Positions 43,292-53,176 of a DNA stretch of 64,000 bases are shown here, in pieces; within the stretch, counting starts at the first letter, position 1; each line of letters opens with the position of its first letter. Source of the stretch: Candidatus Fermentithermobacillaceae bacterium (GTDB lineage Bacteria > Bacillota > Sulfobacillia > Fermentithermobacillales > DUSS01); the NCBI GenBank assembly GCA_014896535.1, contig JADBKE010000007.1, forward strand, positions 4,358-68,357, written 5' to 3'. Below the pieces are notes generated by a model that searched no databases, was not told where the DNA came from, and saw nothing but the letters and a program-made list of their open reading frames with translations. Both the position numbers and the translations under genes were made by a program.

Positions 43292-44005
43292 TCAGGCATC
43301 CCTGCAGTAATTCCTGAACTCGCAGTCCCTGCACCGCCCGCCCCACCTCGTGCGCTGCGGCATAATACCCGTCCGGATGATGTTGACCATCGCTGAAATG
43401 ATCTTCCGGGTGAAGACGCGGGCGGTCTCATCCACGGTGACCTTGAAGATCTTTTTCTTCGGGATGACGTAGATGAACCCGGCCTTCGCCGGTTTTCCTC
43501 TGGCCTCTTCGGTCATCATGGCATACGCGACCAGCTGATATTTGTGATGAAGTCCCGGGTCGCCGCGGGTGTCCTTAAATTCGACGGGGTACACGTTGGA
43601 TGCCGTGGTGATGAGAAGATCGAGGCGTCCCGCTATCCCCAGCCTGCGCGATTCTAGCTGAACCCTGAACTCCCTCGTCCCATCTTCCAAGCCGTACTTA
43701 GCAAGGGTGCGTCTGGACTCAAGTTCGGAGAACTCGGCGTGGGACTTAAGTCCCTCTTCCATTTTCACCGTCGTCACGCGCGGAACGGGGATCACGTAAT
43801 TGAAATAAACGATCCGGGGACAGTACACGTACTGCCTGATATCCGATACTCTTAAGGGCTCGCTCAAACCGTGCGACGCGGCGAGAGGTTTGCTCCTACC
43901 AGGCGAGATGGCGAATAGCCCCGGTGACTCAATCAAGCTGTGCAACGGAGGACCGGCTCTAGCCGGCTGCCCGGGTGCGAAGTTCCTCTGATCTGTATGG
44001 ATCAT
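43292..44005 (-). CDS. cas4: Cas4 (RecB-like nuclease with Fe-S cluster)
   Basis: ISDIRQYVYCPRIVYF, HKYQLVAYAMM and C-terminal CRDCEFRNYC. Start is uncertain because the ORF overlaps the cas2 3' end. Confidence 0.8.
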   Translation of the reverse strand: MIHTDQRNFAPGQPARAGPPLHSLIESPGLFAISPGRSKPLAASHGLSEPLRVSDIRQYVYCPRIVYFNYVIPVPRVTTVKMEEGLKSHAEFSELESRRTLAKYGLEDGTREFRVQLESRRLGIAGRLDLLITTASNVYPVEFKDTRGDPGLHHKYQLVAYAMMTEEARGKPAKAGFIYVIPKKKIFKVTVDETARVFTRKIISAMVNIIRTGIMPQRTRWGGRCRDCEFRNYCRDA

Positions 44006-44276
44006 AGCCGTTTACGCTCAGCTCCTTCTTTAATCTGATGTCCTTCTCACAAATCACGTACATCTGGATGTTGCCCTCCGTGTCGCCCAGGATACGGCGG
44101 AATTTCAGCATCATCTCCTCCCTGCGATTTCTGTCAGTCAGCCCAAAAAATGCGCTGTACTGAACTCGCTCGAGCCCGTAGTCCTTGCAGACCTCGGCGA
44201 TCCGCCGTCTCACCTTGTCCTCAACGATGTCGTAGATGACCAGCGTACACACCATCATTCCCCGACCACTCCTCAC
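43959..44276 (-). CDS. cas2: Cas2
   Basis: MMVCTLVIYDIVEDKVRRRIAEVCKDYGLERVQYSAF, about 100 aa. Lies immediately downstream of cas1. Confidence 0.85.
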   Translation of the reverse strand: MRSGRGMMVCTLVIYDIVEDKVRRRIAEVCKDYGLERVQYSAFFGLTDRNRREEMMLKFRRILGDTEGNIQMYVICEKDIRLKKELSVNGYDPYRSEELRTRAAG

Positions 44277-44282
44277 CAGCTT

Positions 44283-45284
44283 TCACCACGTGGACAAATA
44301 GGGCTTGTACTGTCCCTCTCCCCGAAGATAGCTGGCCAGGCGCCGGGCCTGAGCCAGGACTATACCTTCCAGTTTCTGCTTCTTGCCCGAATACCTGTCC
44401 CGGAGTGCGAGTCGCTCGAGTACAATGCCGGCGATGTGACGCCGGGACTCCTGGGTCAATGCGTTGTCCTCATCGAAATCCGGTCTCCACCCCTTGATGA
44501 AGGACACGATGACGCTGCGGTCCACGACCGGTGCGCGGAATTCCTCCACCATGTCCAGGACCAGGCTAGGTTTGCCGGGCCTGTCCACATGAAGGAAACC
44601 GCCAAATGGCTCGAGACCTGCAAGCACCAAGGCACCCCAAACCTGCGTGTATAGAATGCCGTACCCGTAGTTCAGAGAGGCGTTGAACGGGTCCGTCGCG
44701 CCCCTGTGCTCACGGCCCTTGAAGTCGTCGCCTGCGGCCAGAGGACCAACGATGTCCCAGTACAAGCTCGCCGCTCGTCCCTCGAGGTTCATCAAGTAAG
44801 GCCTGACTTGGTCCACGTGGTCTCCGTCGATTTCGTCCGCTTCCTTTTCGAGCTTTTCCATTTCGGCAGCAGCGTCCATCATCTTCTGGTAAGATTCGGT
44901 CCCGGTTCTGTGCTTGGCGAAATACTTGATGAGGCTGGCCTGGTTTGCGATCTTACCTTTGACAAAACATCGTGCGAGGTAGACTCCGCGTTTGTCGTCA
45001 TACGCCTTGAGCTGTTCTCGTCTGGTCTGGACCGTGCCGTTAAGTTCGGGGGACGTAACCAGGGCATACGGCTTCCCGGTGGGTGTAAGGAAGTTCATGG
45101 GGATCCCGAACTCAATACAGCTCGCCAGCGCGTCGGTGGAAACTGTAACGCCTCGTGACGCGATGGTCACCTGCTCCAGGTCCCTGAGCGGAACTTCCTG
45201 GATTATCTTCCCTTTCGATGAAATCGTCAGCCGCTCTGACTTCTTCCCTATGAACACGCCAAAATCCGAAACAACCAGATGCAT
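44283..45284 (-). CDS. cas1: Cas1 integrase
   Basis: 333 aa with Cas1 fold markers (LYWDIVG, ATDPFNASLNYGYGIL, ...EEFRAPVVDR). Confidence 0.9.
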   Translation of the reverse strand: MHLVVSDFGVFIGKKSERLTISSKGKIIQEVPLRDLEQVTIASRGVTVSTDALASCIEFGIPMNFLTPTGKPYALVTSPELNGTVQTRREQLKAYDDKRGVYLARCFVKGKIANQASLIKYFAKHRTGTESYQKMMDAAAEMEKLEKEADEIDGDHVDQVRPYLMNLEGRAASLYWDIVGPLAAGDDFKGREHRGATDPFNASLNYGYGILYTQVWGALVLAGLEPFGGFLHVDRPGKPSLVLDMVEEFRAPVVDRSVIVSFIKGWRPDFDEDNALTQESRRHIAGIVLERLALRDRYSGKKQKLEGIVLAQARRLASYLRGEGQYKPYLSTW

Positions 45285-45399
45285 GGCGAATCAACCCCCA
45301 GGTACGATTGTGATCCGGTGCCACCATTCGCCAGTGCTCTGCTAACCATTCCCGCTAACATGCACCGATCGACACATCCCCTCCCGACTTCGGAAGCGG

Positions 45400-45560
45400 A
45401 TTCCAAAGGGGTGGCAATAGTTAATTTCGTGAAAATGGCGGAAATAATTTAGTGTCGTGGAATTAAGGTAAGTTTCAAGAGGCAATTAGAGAAGCATATG
45501 TTTCTAGGCAAGCTTGTGCCTGAATAGTAAGGAATCAACCGTCGCACGAGGTGTAGGACC
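45400..45560 (-). promoter_or_regulatory. AT-rich candidate promoter upstream of cas1-cas2-cas4
   Basis: A locally AT-rich stretch (tagttaatttcgtgaaaatggcggaaataatttagtg...) in an otherwise GC-rich intergenic gap between the cas3 fragment and cas1. Confidence 0.3.
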
Positions 45561-45598
45561 CTATCGTCAGGACCATATCGTCTACTTTTCTCTCCGAC

Positions 45599-46228
45599 CT
45601 ACGCTTCCAACCCGTATTCTGCCGAGTACGGTACGTCGACAACCGCCGGCCACCGGTACTTTGACAGTAACCGTCGCTTTTCGTTGGCTTTAAGCCAAGT
45701 CCATGGGACGGGCACCAGAAGCTCCGCCGCTTGAAACGGGTTGGTCTCGCGCGCTTCGAAGTACTCATCACAATAGCTACTGGGAATTACCTCCGTTCCG
45801 TCAAACATCTCATCAAAGGTTTCCTCAAGTCCCTCGATACTGCTAAACGGATACAAACTGTCCAGACATTCTCTTCTGAAGTACATTTGCGCTTTCCGAT
45901 ACTTTTCCTCCCACTCCTCTAGCGGCTCACCAGTGTATACTTCATCAAGCCACATTTCTATGGACCGCTCGTCGATATCTTTGCCGTCGGCATACTTTCC
46001 CAAGACCGAGAGAGTCTGCGCCACGAGCGATGAAAGATAGACCCCCTGGCCATCCGCCGGTTGCCTGCATACGTACACAGGCGCCTTATCAACTCTTCGT
46101 AACCCATTGACTCTGCCAAACCGCTGAACAAGAGCTTCCAAAGGTGCCGGGTCGGTGAACAACACGTCCAAATCTGTGTGGAAACTCAGTTCCGCCCACC
46201 AGCTAAGCCGGGAACCTTTTGTAACCAT
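45599..46228 (-). pseudogene. Cas3-like helicase C-terminal fragment (motif VI + C-terminal domain), probable remnant
   Basis: 209 aa. VQRFGRVNGLRRVDKAPVYVCRQ resembles helicase motif VI and the LQRAGRCARF...VYVYNV region of the full cas3 at 50028-52556. No Walker A/B part is present upstream. Confidence 0.45.
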
Positions 46229-46381
46229 CTAGGTTTCCTCGACGACCAGCTCATGCACCCCAGAAGGCTGACCTAATGTTTTCCCGCGAAGCTGTTCGAA
46301 ACAGCCCGCGAAAGGCCACATTGCCGACGTCTGGAGGTGGCCCGCTCCAGCTACCCACTCGTCCGCTGTCAACCGTCAACC

Positions 46382-47098
46382 CTATATGCGCTCGTAATAG
46401 CTGAAACTCCGGCTGGAGCGGACCAGGCGATATGGCAAGATCACGCTTTCGCGGATCCGGTCCCTGCCTAGACGAATATCCCTATCGCTGTAGGTATTCA
46501 CCTTTTCGAACGTAAGCTCCGGACCCCAATCATCAAGCACCTGAATGATACCGAGCTTGAATGAGGTTGCCACTTGACTGCCAATTTGAGTGCCAGTCGC
46601 AGATATCCCCCTTAGCACCACAAACCCCGCCGGAAGTTCGGTAGTTCGTTCCCCCGCACTGAGCAACTGGAAGAAACTACCTCGCTTACCAAAATAACTG
46701 ATCTGGGGAAGCAGCGCTTCCAACTCGTCAAGGACAACCTCTTCCCCTCTAAAACCCAATCCAAGATTCCCCATCAGGTACGCATACTCCCGAAAGGCAA
46801 TAGTGGATTGCATTGCCCCTTCGCGCTCGGCCTCAGCACGCCGCGGCTTGCGTACCTTGGCAAACAGGTTAGTAACCACCACCCGCTCTGGAACAAGCGC
46901 AGCAATCGCGACAGTTTTCAGCATTCGGAAAAATCTCGGCGCCACCTGTAGCCCTTGCGTCCGTATGGCGGCATCCAACAGCGCCGTGCGAATAGCGAAG
47001 GGTGTTGGCAGGAACACGGTTTTGGCCCCCGTAGATGTGGCCGGTCCCGCCTTGAGGGAAAAGAGCCCTACTGGTCGGTAGTACGCGATAAGCCACAT
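46382..47098 (-). CDS. cas5: Cas5 (type I)
   Basis: MWLIAYYRPVGLFSLKAGPATSTGAKTVFLPTPFAIRTALLDAAI is a Cas5 N-terminal signature. Follows cas7. Confidence 0.6.
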   Translation of the reverse strand: MWLIAYYRPVGLFSLKAGPATSTGAKTVFLPTPFAIRTALLDAAIRTQGLQVAPRFFRMLKTVAIAALVPERVVVTNLFAKVRKPRRAEAEREGAMQSTIAFREYAYLMGNLGLGFRGEEVVLDELEALLPQISYFGKRGSFFQLLSAGERTTELPAGFVVLRGISATGTQIGSQVATSFKLGIIQVLDDWGPELTFEKVNTYSDRDIRLGRDRIRESVILPYRLVRSSRSFSYYERI

Positions 47099-47108
47099 GG
47101 GATTACCC

Positions 47109-48191
47109 TCACTTGGCGAACAGCGTGTAAGGCTGGGTCTCCGCGATGAGGTGCTGCATGATTTCTGTAAAGCGACCCAGAGAGTCAAACTCGTAAACTA
47201 TCACGGCACTCTCGCGCACCCTGTTTAGGGTAGTTGCCACGCGCTTAAGCTCGTCCGCGTAGGCGTCCTCAAGAGGGCTGAGAGTTGGGGCTGGTACTAC
47301 TTGGGTGCTTACCGTTACGACTCCCTCGAAGCCCAGAATATGAGGATTCTGGGTACTGCGCATGGCCCCGCTCGGCTCTATGAATGTGTAGAGCACACTT
47401 TCTAGCAGCGCTTTGTAACGCTGCTCCCGCTGTTCCTTCTCTATGCTGTAGGTTTGGCTGATGTCGTTAAAACCGATACGCGCTACCTCAAAAGTCGCTA
47501 CTGTCGCGTATACACCCGAACTGGCAGGTCGGTGGAAGATGGGTTGGGTCACCCGTTCTTCGCCTTCGGCTCGCTCGCCTCGTTCGGTCGCATACCGGAC
47601 ATGAAAGTAGCTTTCGGTGCGAGTGATCTCAGGCAGCCCAATCACCCAACCAAACTCGGCTACGGATTTGCGGGGAATAGAACGTGCAGGAATTCGTTCT
47701 CTGCGCTCGGCCTCACTGTCTACCTTTTCAGCCCCCTCTGAAGCTCTGACCGACTCGCGCTCAGGAGCAATAAGAACGCCCTCAAGATCATCAAGTGTGC
47801 AGGTCTTAAGGAGCTCATCAATGACTTCGCTATCCCTGAACTTCCATCGGTTGCCATCTCGCTTGCCCACAACGTTCCTCATGAACTCTTTGTCGTCTAG
47901 TATGCGGCTCGCGCTGAATTTCTGACAACCGCCGCAGAGAGGAAGCTTGCCCTTGGCTAGGAGATATAGGTGCTCCGCCTGAATGTGCTTGAACATGTCG
48001 CCGGAGATTGCGTTTACGGAGGCCAGGCGAGGCTGGCCCGTGTGGCGGTCTTCGTAAACAATGTTGACCATCCGCGTGGTGATCTGGTTCCCTTCACCAC
48101 CCTCATTGTTTAGGGAGTGCATGTCCAAAGTTACACGGCCAGAGATAGAAAATGAGTAAACTGAGATCGCCATCAGAATACCTCCTCTCAC
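47109..48191 (-). CDS. cas7: Cas7 (type I, Csa2/Csh2-like)
   Basis: SISGRVTLDMHSLNNEGGEGNQ near the N-terminus, an internal zinc-finger-like LCGGCQKF, about 360 aa. Confidence 0.75.
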   Translation of the reverse strand: MRGGILMAISVYSFSISGRVTLDMHSLNNEGGEGNQITTRMVNIVYEDRHTGQPRLASVNAISGDMFKHIQAEHLYLLAKGKLPLCGGCQKFSASRILDDKEFMRNVVGKRDGNRWKFRDSEVIDELLKTCTLDDLEGVLIAPERESVRASEGAEKVDSEAERRERIPARSIPRKSVAEFGWVIGLPEITRTESYFHVRYATERGERAEGEERVTQPIFHRPASSGVYATVATFEVARIGFNDISQTYSIEKEQREQRYKALLESVLYTFIEPSGAMRSTQNPHILGFEGVVTVSTQVVPAPTLSPLEDAYADELKRVATTLNRVRESAVIVYEFDSLGRFTEIMQHLIAETQPYTLFAK

Positions 48192-48195
48192 GTTG

Positions 48196-49986
48196 TCATT
48201 CGGTGCCGGTTTCGTTAGCTAGCCCACCCGACTCTGCATCTTCTCGCGGCTCACGGGCATATCCGTAGGCTACCAGGAGATTAGCCACAACCTCCGGCCC
48301 ATACTCATCCACGAGGCTGACCACTGCTTCGATGTCGGTAGTTCGAAGGTCACGCCGCATCTGTTGTTTGTGCCTCTCCAGCACCTGACTGTTCTCCTGG
48401 TTGTAGCTCTGCATGAAGTCAGCCAAGGCAGCCACAAAGTCATCTCGGACGGTTGCCTTGCGCTTGAGCTCCATGCCCAACCCGTATCGGATATCATACA
48501 GAACGTGCTCGCCCCGGGCTTTGCGGCCCTGCGGGATAACCGTACTATGCCGTATTGCACGGGCCACGTTCTGAAATCCGGGGTTTTCGATGATCCGAGT
48601 TAGAGGTTTGCTTGTTGTCATAACCAACCTCCTAAGAGATGTGGTAGTGAACAAGGGAACCCATCGTTGTCCCTGCGCCATTCGGCTCATAGCATAATGG
48701 GCATAGCCAGCGGCGAACTCAAAGAAATCGTCCCAACGCTGGCTCGACAGGAAATCCCGGTAGCGGAGCAGCAGATGATAGCCGTCGCTGCGTGTTTCGT
48801 CAATGCTGTCGATCACCTCCCGGTGCTCGCGGATAACCTTCCGCAAGTTGAGAACTTCCTGGCGACTACGAAGGTCACCCGTCCAGAGTGGAAGGCCAAG
48901 AAAGGCCAGGTTGATAGCTGTGAAGGCGTTCCGACTCAGCAGCTTATATTGGACGACGTGAAAGCCGGCCACCACATGCTCCGGTCCGTAGCCCTCGAAG
49001 TTTAGCTCATCGTACTGGCCAGCTTCACTGTATTCCAGTAAGGTGTCGGTGTAGAGCAGGGCCGCAACGCAGTCCATCTTTACCGCGGTCTCGTTCCATA
49101 GACGCTTGGAAAAAGTTTTGAACACCGCTTGATGCGTAGCAAGCGTTACGTTCAGAGGGGCCAACACGTACGTTTTCCGGTCTGTGCTACCTTCCACAAC
49201 CCGCGGTGCGCTACACAACCATAAGCCGGCGGCTTTGAGATACTCGAGTAGCCAGAACGAACCAATGTTTTTTCCCATGGATAGGGCGTTAGCCTTCGCT
49301 TGGTTTTGGCCCTTGCCCTGATGCGGATTTAGAAGCTGGATAGCAGTCAACTTGTCCGTTACTCCGGGCACCTTCACCGTACGGCGCCAATTACGCGCTA
49401 TGGTTTCTAGATCGGCATGTTGTGTCGCGGTCATACGCAGGATGGTTTCCAGGTTGAAGGTGAAATACTCTCGCGTGAGAGCCCATTGAGTAACGGCCTG
49501 GTTGTAGGTTTTCAACGCTTGCATCTGCGGAGTGCCCAGGAAGGTGACCACCGCCCAATCATAGGGGGGTTCCGCATCTTCCACCTGACGCTTGAAATCG
49601 TCAGTCATCTCCGAGACTCTGCGCAGCTTCTCCCGCACTGCTTGGTAATTACGGTACTGTTCCCAAGTTTCACCCACGTTTCGGACTCGTACGCCTGCCG
49701 GTGCAGACTCCGTCTGCCCCGTTGTAATATAGGCAGGCGGCCCCGCAAAGTAAGTACAGTTCCTAACCCATTCAGCCCGTAACGGCTCTTCCAATGTGAC
49801 GGTATAGTACGGTCCCGTGTCTCGGATCCACACTCGGCGGCGGCTTTCTCGTCCCAACGCCTGAGCCAGGATCTCATCGAGGACCGCTGCCAAACCGTAG
49901 GCTACCAGCACGTCGGCAAAGGTACCACTAGTCTTTTCCGCAAAGTAAACTGCCTGGTACATGGCACGCCTCCCTTCAACCCCCAC
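48196..49986 (-). CDS. Cas8-family large subunit (type I, subfamily unassigned)
   Basis: 596-aa ORF between cas3 and cas7 in the canonical large-subunit position. No HD or polymerase motifs. Confidence 0.5.
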   Translation of the reverse strand: MGVEGRRAMYQAVYFAEKTSGTFADVLVAYGLAAVLDEILAQALGRESRRRVWIRDTGPYYTVTLEEPLRAEWVRNCTYFAGPPAYITTGQTESAPAGVRVRNVGETWEQYRNYQAVREKLRRVSEMTDDFKRQVEDAEPPYDWAVVTFLGTPQMQALKTYNQAVTQWALTREYFTFNLETILRMTATQHADLETIARNWRRTVKVPGVTDKLTAIQLLNPHQGKGQNQAKANALSMGKNIGSFWLLEYLKAAGLWLCSAPRVVEGSTDRKTYVLAPLNVTLATHQAVFKTFSKRLWNETAVKMDCVAALLYTDTLLEYSEAGQYDELNFEGYGPEHVVAGFHVVQYKLLSRNAFTAINLAFLGLPLWTGDLRSRQEVLNLRKVIREHREVIDSIDETRSDGYHLLLRYRDFLSSQRWDDFFEFAAGYAHYAMSRMAQGQRWVPLFTTTSLRRLVMTTSKPLTRIIENPGFQNVARAIRHSTVIPQGRKARGEHVLYDIRYGLGMELKRKATVRDDFVAALADFMQSYNQENSQVLERHKQQMRRDLRTTDIEAVVSLVDEYGPEVVANLLVAYGYAREPREDAESGGLANETGTE

Positions 49987-50027
49987 CTTTTTGTCCCTCT
50001 AAGTCATACCCCGGCTCTTGCGTGACA

Positions 50028-52556
50028 TCAGCAACGAACAAAAGGACTATCTATCTTCTTGCTATCTTCTTGCGATTTCCCATCCGCCAACCGCAACGCT
50101 CGCACAATTAGGAAATAAGCCAGCCACCATGCATGCGGATCGTCCGGTGGCAAGCGCAGGATGTGGTTTTCCAGCTTTGTCGCTGGCGCCTGGGGCAACC
50201 AATCTCCTGCTGCGCTGCCATCCAGCCCTGCTGCTTCCAGTGCTTCTTTGAGCGCAACTCGAGCACTGCGATTTAACCGATAGTCCCCGAAAGTCCCTGC
50301 CTGCGCACTATGATGCCGCGCCACCGCAGTGATCACAGCTCGGCGCAATCCTTCGTTACCTTCCAGTACCTTGTGAGCGATCTTCGCTCCGGCTATAGCT
50401 CCTTCCCCTGCATGCGGTGGGCGGCGGCTTTTCATTCGAAGCGCGACTGCCTCATGTTCGGGCGTTTCCATGTGTACGTGGACCGCCATGAAGGTTTCAT
50501 CGTCCAAGCGTTCCCCGATCTCCGCCTGGTAGGCTCGCACCCAGGCCTGCCAGCGCTCATCTAACTTGCCTAGGTCGTGGAGCGCGATAGCTAGCCGTAT
50601 CGCCCGATCAATCCCGCTGGCCGGGAAGCCGGCCTTTTTCTCCAATCGAGCTGCGGCATAGGCCAGTCGGTTGACCAAGTCACGTTGGTAAACGCGTACC
50701 ATGGACCGGACATGGTCGGCGTAGGTCTCGAGTCGGTACGTGTAGTTCTCTTGCCGCTTCTTCCTCTGCTGGTCCGGTTCTGTACGGTAGCCCCCACCAT
50801 CCTCAGTGAAGCGAAAACCCAGGCACTCATCGTAGGCCACGAGCGCTGGATGAACGACGAAGAGAAAGGCCGCTCCAATATCGCCCTCGGAGTGCACGGG
50901 CAACCACCGGTAGCGCGTCGGCACCCGGGCATCTTCTTCTGCCTCCGCTTCTACCGGATATTTCAGTGCCCAGTCCAGTCCTTTCGCCTTTCGCCACGCT
51001 TCCAATTCCTCCAGTTTAGCGCGCAGCGTGCCATGCCAGAGAGAGAAACCGGTACAGCCGAACGGGTTCTCCAGGCCCTCTGGGTTGTCGTGAACTAGAA
51101 CGGTCCGGCTGTCTACCTTGCGGATCAGTTGGCGGCGCACCGAAAGGTCGTTCAGCGCCATTGCCCGACCTATCATCGCCCAGATCTGGCCTTCCTCCTG
51201 CACCATCTCCTCCAGTAACCGTCGGTCCGTCGCAGTATGGACATAGTCAATCACTTCCTGCTCACCACGGAAGTCCAAAGCCTCTCCGTCCCGTTCCCAA
51301 AAGGCCATCCAAGAACTTTGACACAGCTCTGCCTCTTCTTTGCCGATATAAGGCGCATAGTTGGGCTTACCCTGTTTATCTGGCGGCACGTTGTAAACGT
51401 ACACGTCCCCATTCTCCCCTGGAAACCGGGCGCACCGGCCCGCCCGCTGCAAGATGCTGGCCGCCGGAGCCACCTCGGTATGCAGCGCCTGGCAGGTAAT
51501 GTCAAGCCCTACCTCGATGACCTGAGTTGCCACCAAGATCAAATCCTTTGCTGACCATGCTTCTTTGTCCTTGCCGAACTCCCGACGCACTCGCTCTTCC
51601 TTAGCGTTCCGGTGCTCGTGGGTGAAACGGCTGTGCAGCAGGATCACCCGTTCTCTACCGATTCGGTCGCAAAGTTCCGCGTAGAGCTGCTGCGCTCGTT
51701 CCACTGTGTTACAGATGGCAATGGAGCGACGATCGTGGTATCGAAGCACGGAGTCGGCCGTCAGCAGGCCATCGATAGCGTGAAACCGACGTACTTTTCC
51801 TCGCTGCGAAGGAATGTGCGACAGTTCGTGAGATGAGACAGTAACCACCTCAGCACCGAGCAGGCTCTTCAGCTCGCCGAGCATGGTTGACGAGAAAGTG
51901 GCTGTCATCAGGACGAAAGGAGTTACGTCCTTCAGCAGGCGCAACACTTGCAGAGTGGTCTTTAGCGCACCCTCGGGCGGGAAAAGGTGGAACTCGTCAA
52001 AGACTAGATATGACCCAATCACTGCTCCTGCGTTTAGGTTGGCGCGGCTAGAGCTCAATGCGTAGGGAACTCCCAGGATATTACTGAGAGTCTGATCAAT
52101 GGTAGTGAAGATCAAATCACCTTCCATCGTCGGATCGCCGGGTCGATCGCTCGTCTGAATCGTCACCCCTTTTTCCAACTTGAAGCCATCCAGATGACTG
52201 TAGGACTTTACGACCTCGGCATATTCCACCGCGAATTGGTTCGCAAGCACCTGCATCGGTACAGAGTAAATGCACTGGCGCGGGAAGCATCCTGGGGCAG
52301 GTTCTGCCAAGTGATAGAGAAATGGAAACAAAGCAGCCCGCGTCTTGCCGGCCCCGGTAGGTGCTTGCAAAACCACATTGTAGCCATGGGTCAAAGCCTC
52401 AAAAGTGCGCTGCTGAAAGGGAAATAGCTGCATGATGTACCCCCAAACACATGCCGAAAGCAGGCGTTCATGCCACCAGGACCACTTTCCAATGTCCAAG
52501 TTCGCAAAAAGAACCAGGAAACAGGACGAAAGAGCGTCTTCATCCTTTGTATCCAA
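50028..52556 (-). CDS. cas3: Cas3 helicase-nuclease with C-terminal HD domain
   Basis: Helicase motifs APTGAGKT, VFDEFH and QRAGRCAR, with HD motifs at the C-terminus (ADHVRS, LHDLGK, ...ARHH). Likely start is the internal Met MQLFPFQQ (~52433). Confidence 0.85.
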   Translation of the reverse strand: MDTKDEDALSSCFLVLFANLDIGKWSWWHERLLSACVWGYIMQLFPFQQRTFEALTHGYNVVLQAPTGAGKTRAALFPFLYHLAEPAPGCFPRQCIYSVPMQVLANQFAVEYAEVVKSYSHLDGFKLEKGVTIQTSDRPGDPTMEGDLIFTTIDQTLSNILGVPYALSSSRANLNAGAVIGSYLVFDEFHLFPPEGALKTTLQVLRLLKDVTPFVLMTATFSSTMLGELKSLLGAEVVTVSSHELSHIPSQRGKVRRFHAIDGLLTADSVLRYHDRRSIAICNTVERAQQLYAELCDRIGRERVILLHSRFTHEHRNAKEERVRREFGKDKEAWSAKDLILVATQVIEVGLDITCQALHTEVAPAASILQRAGRCARFPGENGDVYVYNVPPDKQGKPNYAPYIGKEEAELCQSSWMAFWERDGEALDFRGEQEVIDYVHTATDRRLLEEMVQEEGQIWAMIGRAMALNDLSVRRQLIRKVDSRTVLVHDNPEGLENPFGCTGFSLWHGTLRAKLEELEAWRKAKGLDWALKYPVEAEAEEDARVPTRYRWLPVHSEGDIGAAFLFVVHPALVAYDECLGFRFTEDGGGYRTEPDQQRKKRQENYTYRLETYADHVRSMVRVYQRDLVNRLAYAAARLEKKAGFPASGIDRAIRLAIALHDLGKLDERWQAWVRAYQAEIGERLDDETFMAVHVHMETPEHEAVALRMKSRRPPHAGEGAIAGAKIAHKVLEGNEGLRRAVITAVARHHSAQAGTFGDYRLNRSARVALKEALEAAGLDGSAAGDWLPQAPATKLENHILRLPPDDPHAWWLAYFLIVRALRLADGKSQEDSKKIDSPFVRC

Positions 52557-53176
52557 TCAAGTAACGGTTAGGACCTGGCACCTGCTCGATTTTTTGCTAA
52601 CACCCCAACAGCCAGGGTATGTACCCTTCGAAACACCGCATAGATCTGACTATACGAGCTATATCTTCTTCACGATTGTCCTCAATTCCTCTATTGTAAG
52701 GACTCGCCAACTTTCGTCTGCTGGATGGAGTGTTAGACAACCCTCAGTCAGTAGTTATGAAGCACTTCTCCAAGCTCGCACCGGTCCCGATCAACCTCTC
52801 GGTCACAGATCATTCCGGCCAGCCGCCAGAGTTTTCACTCTATAGGGATCTACGTCATCCACGCGACCCTGGTACACATTGAAGCCCCTGGAGCAAACCT
52901 TCCGAGACAAACATATCCCGTTGCTCACAAGAAGAAGCAGTGCCCCAAGTGCTATATATCTGTTCATCGCTTCGTCTCCAATGGCGTTGGGGTCTCTGGT
53001 GCCTTTAAACCACTAGTTGCCAGCCACGTTACCGCTTTCGAACAAAACAACCGGTCGCCCACTCGCCCGCCCTCGCTGCAGTTGTCACATGCGCCATTCC
53101 GCTCGATCTGGGGCCTGACCAGAACACCCCACAAGACCACTCGACCACCATCAAAATGGTCGTTGGGTGTCAAATC

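Noticed and set aside
45599-46228. Possibility that the 209-aa ORF is the missing Cas6
   Set aside because: It has no glycine-rich loop and no ferredoxin-like signature. Instead it contains a helicase motif VI-like QRFGRVNGLRR resembling the Cas3 C-terminal region.
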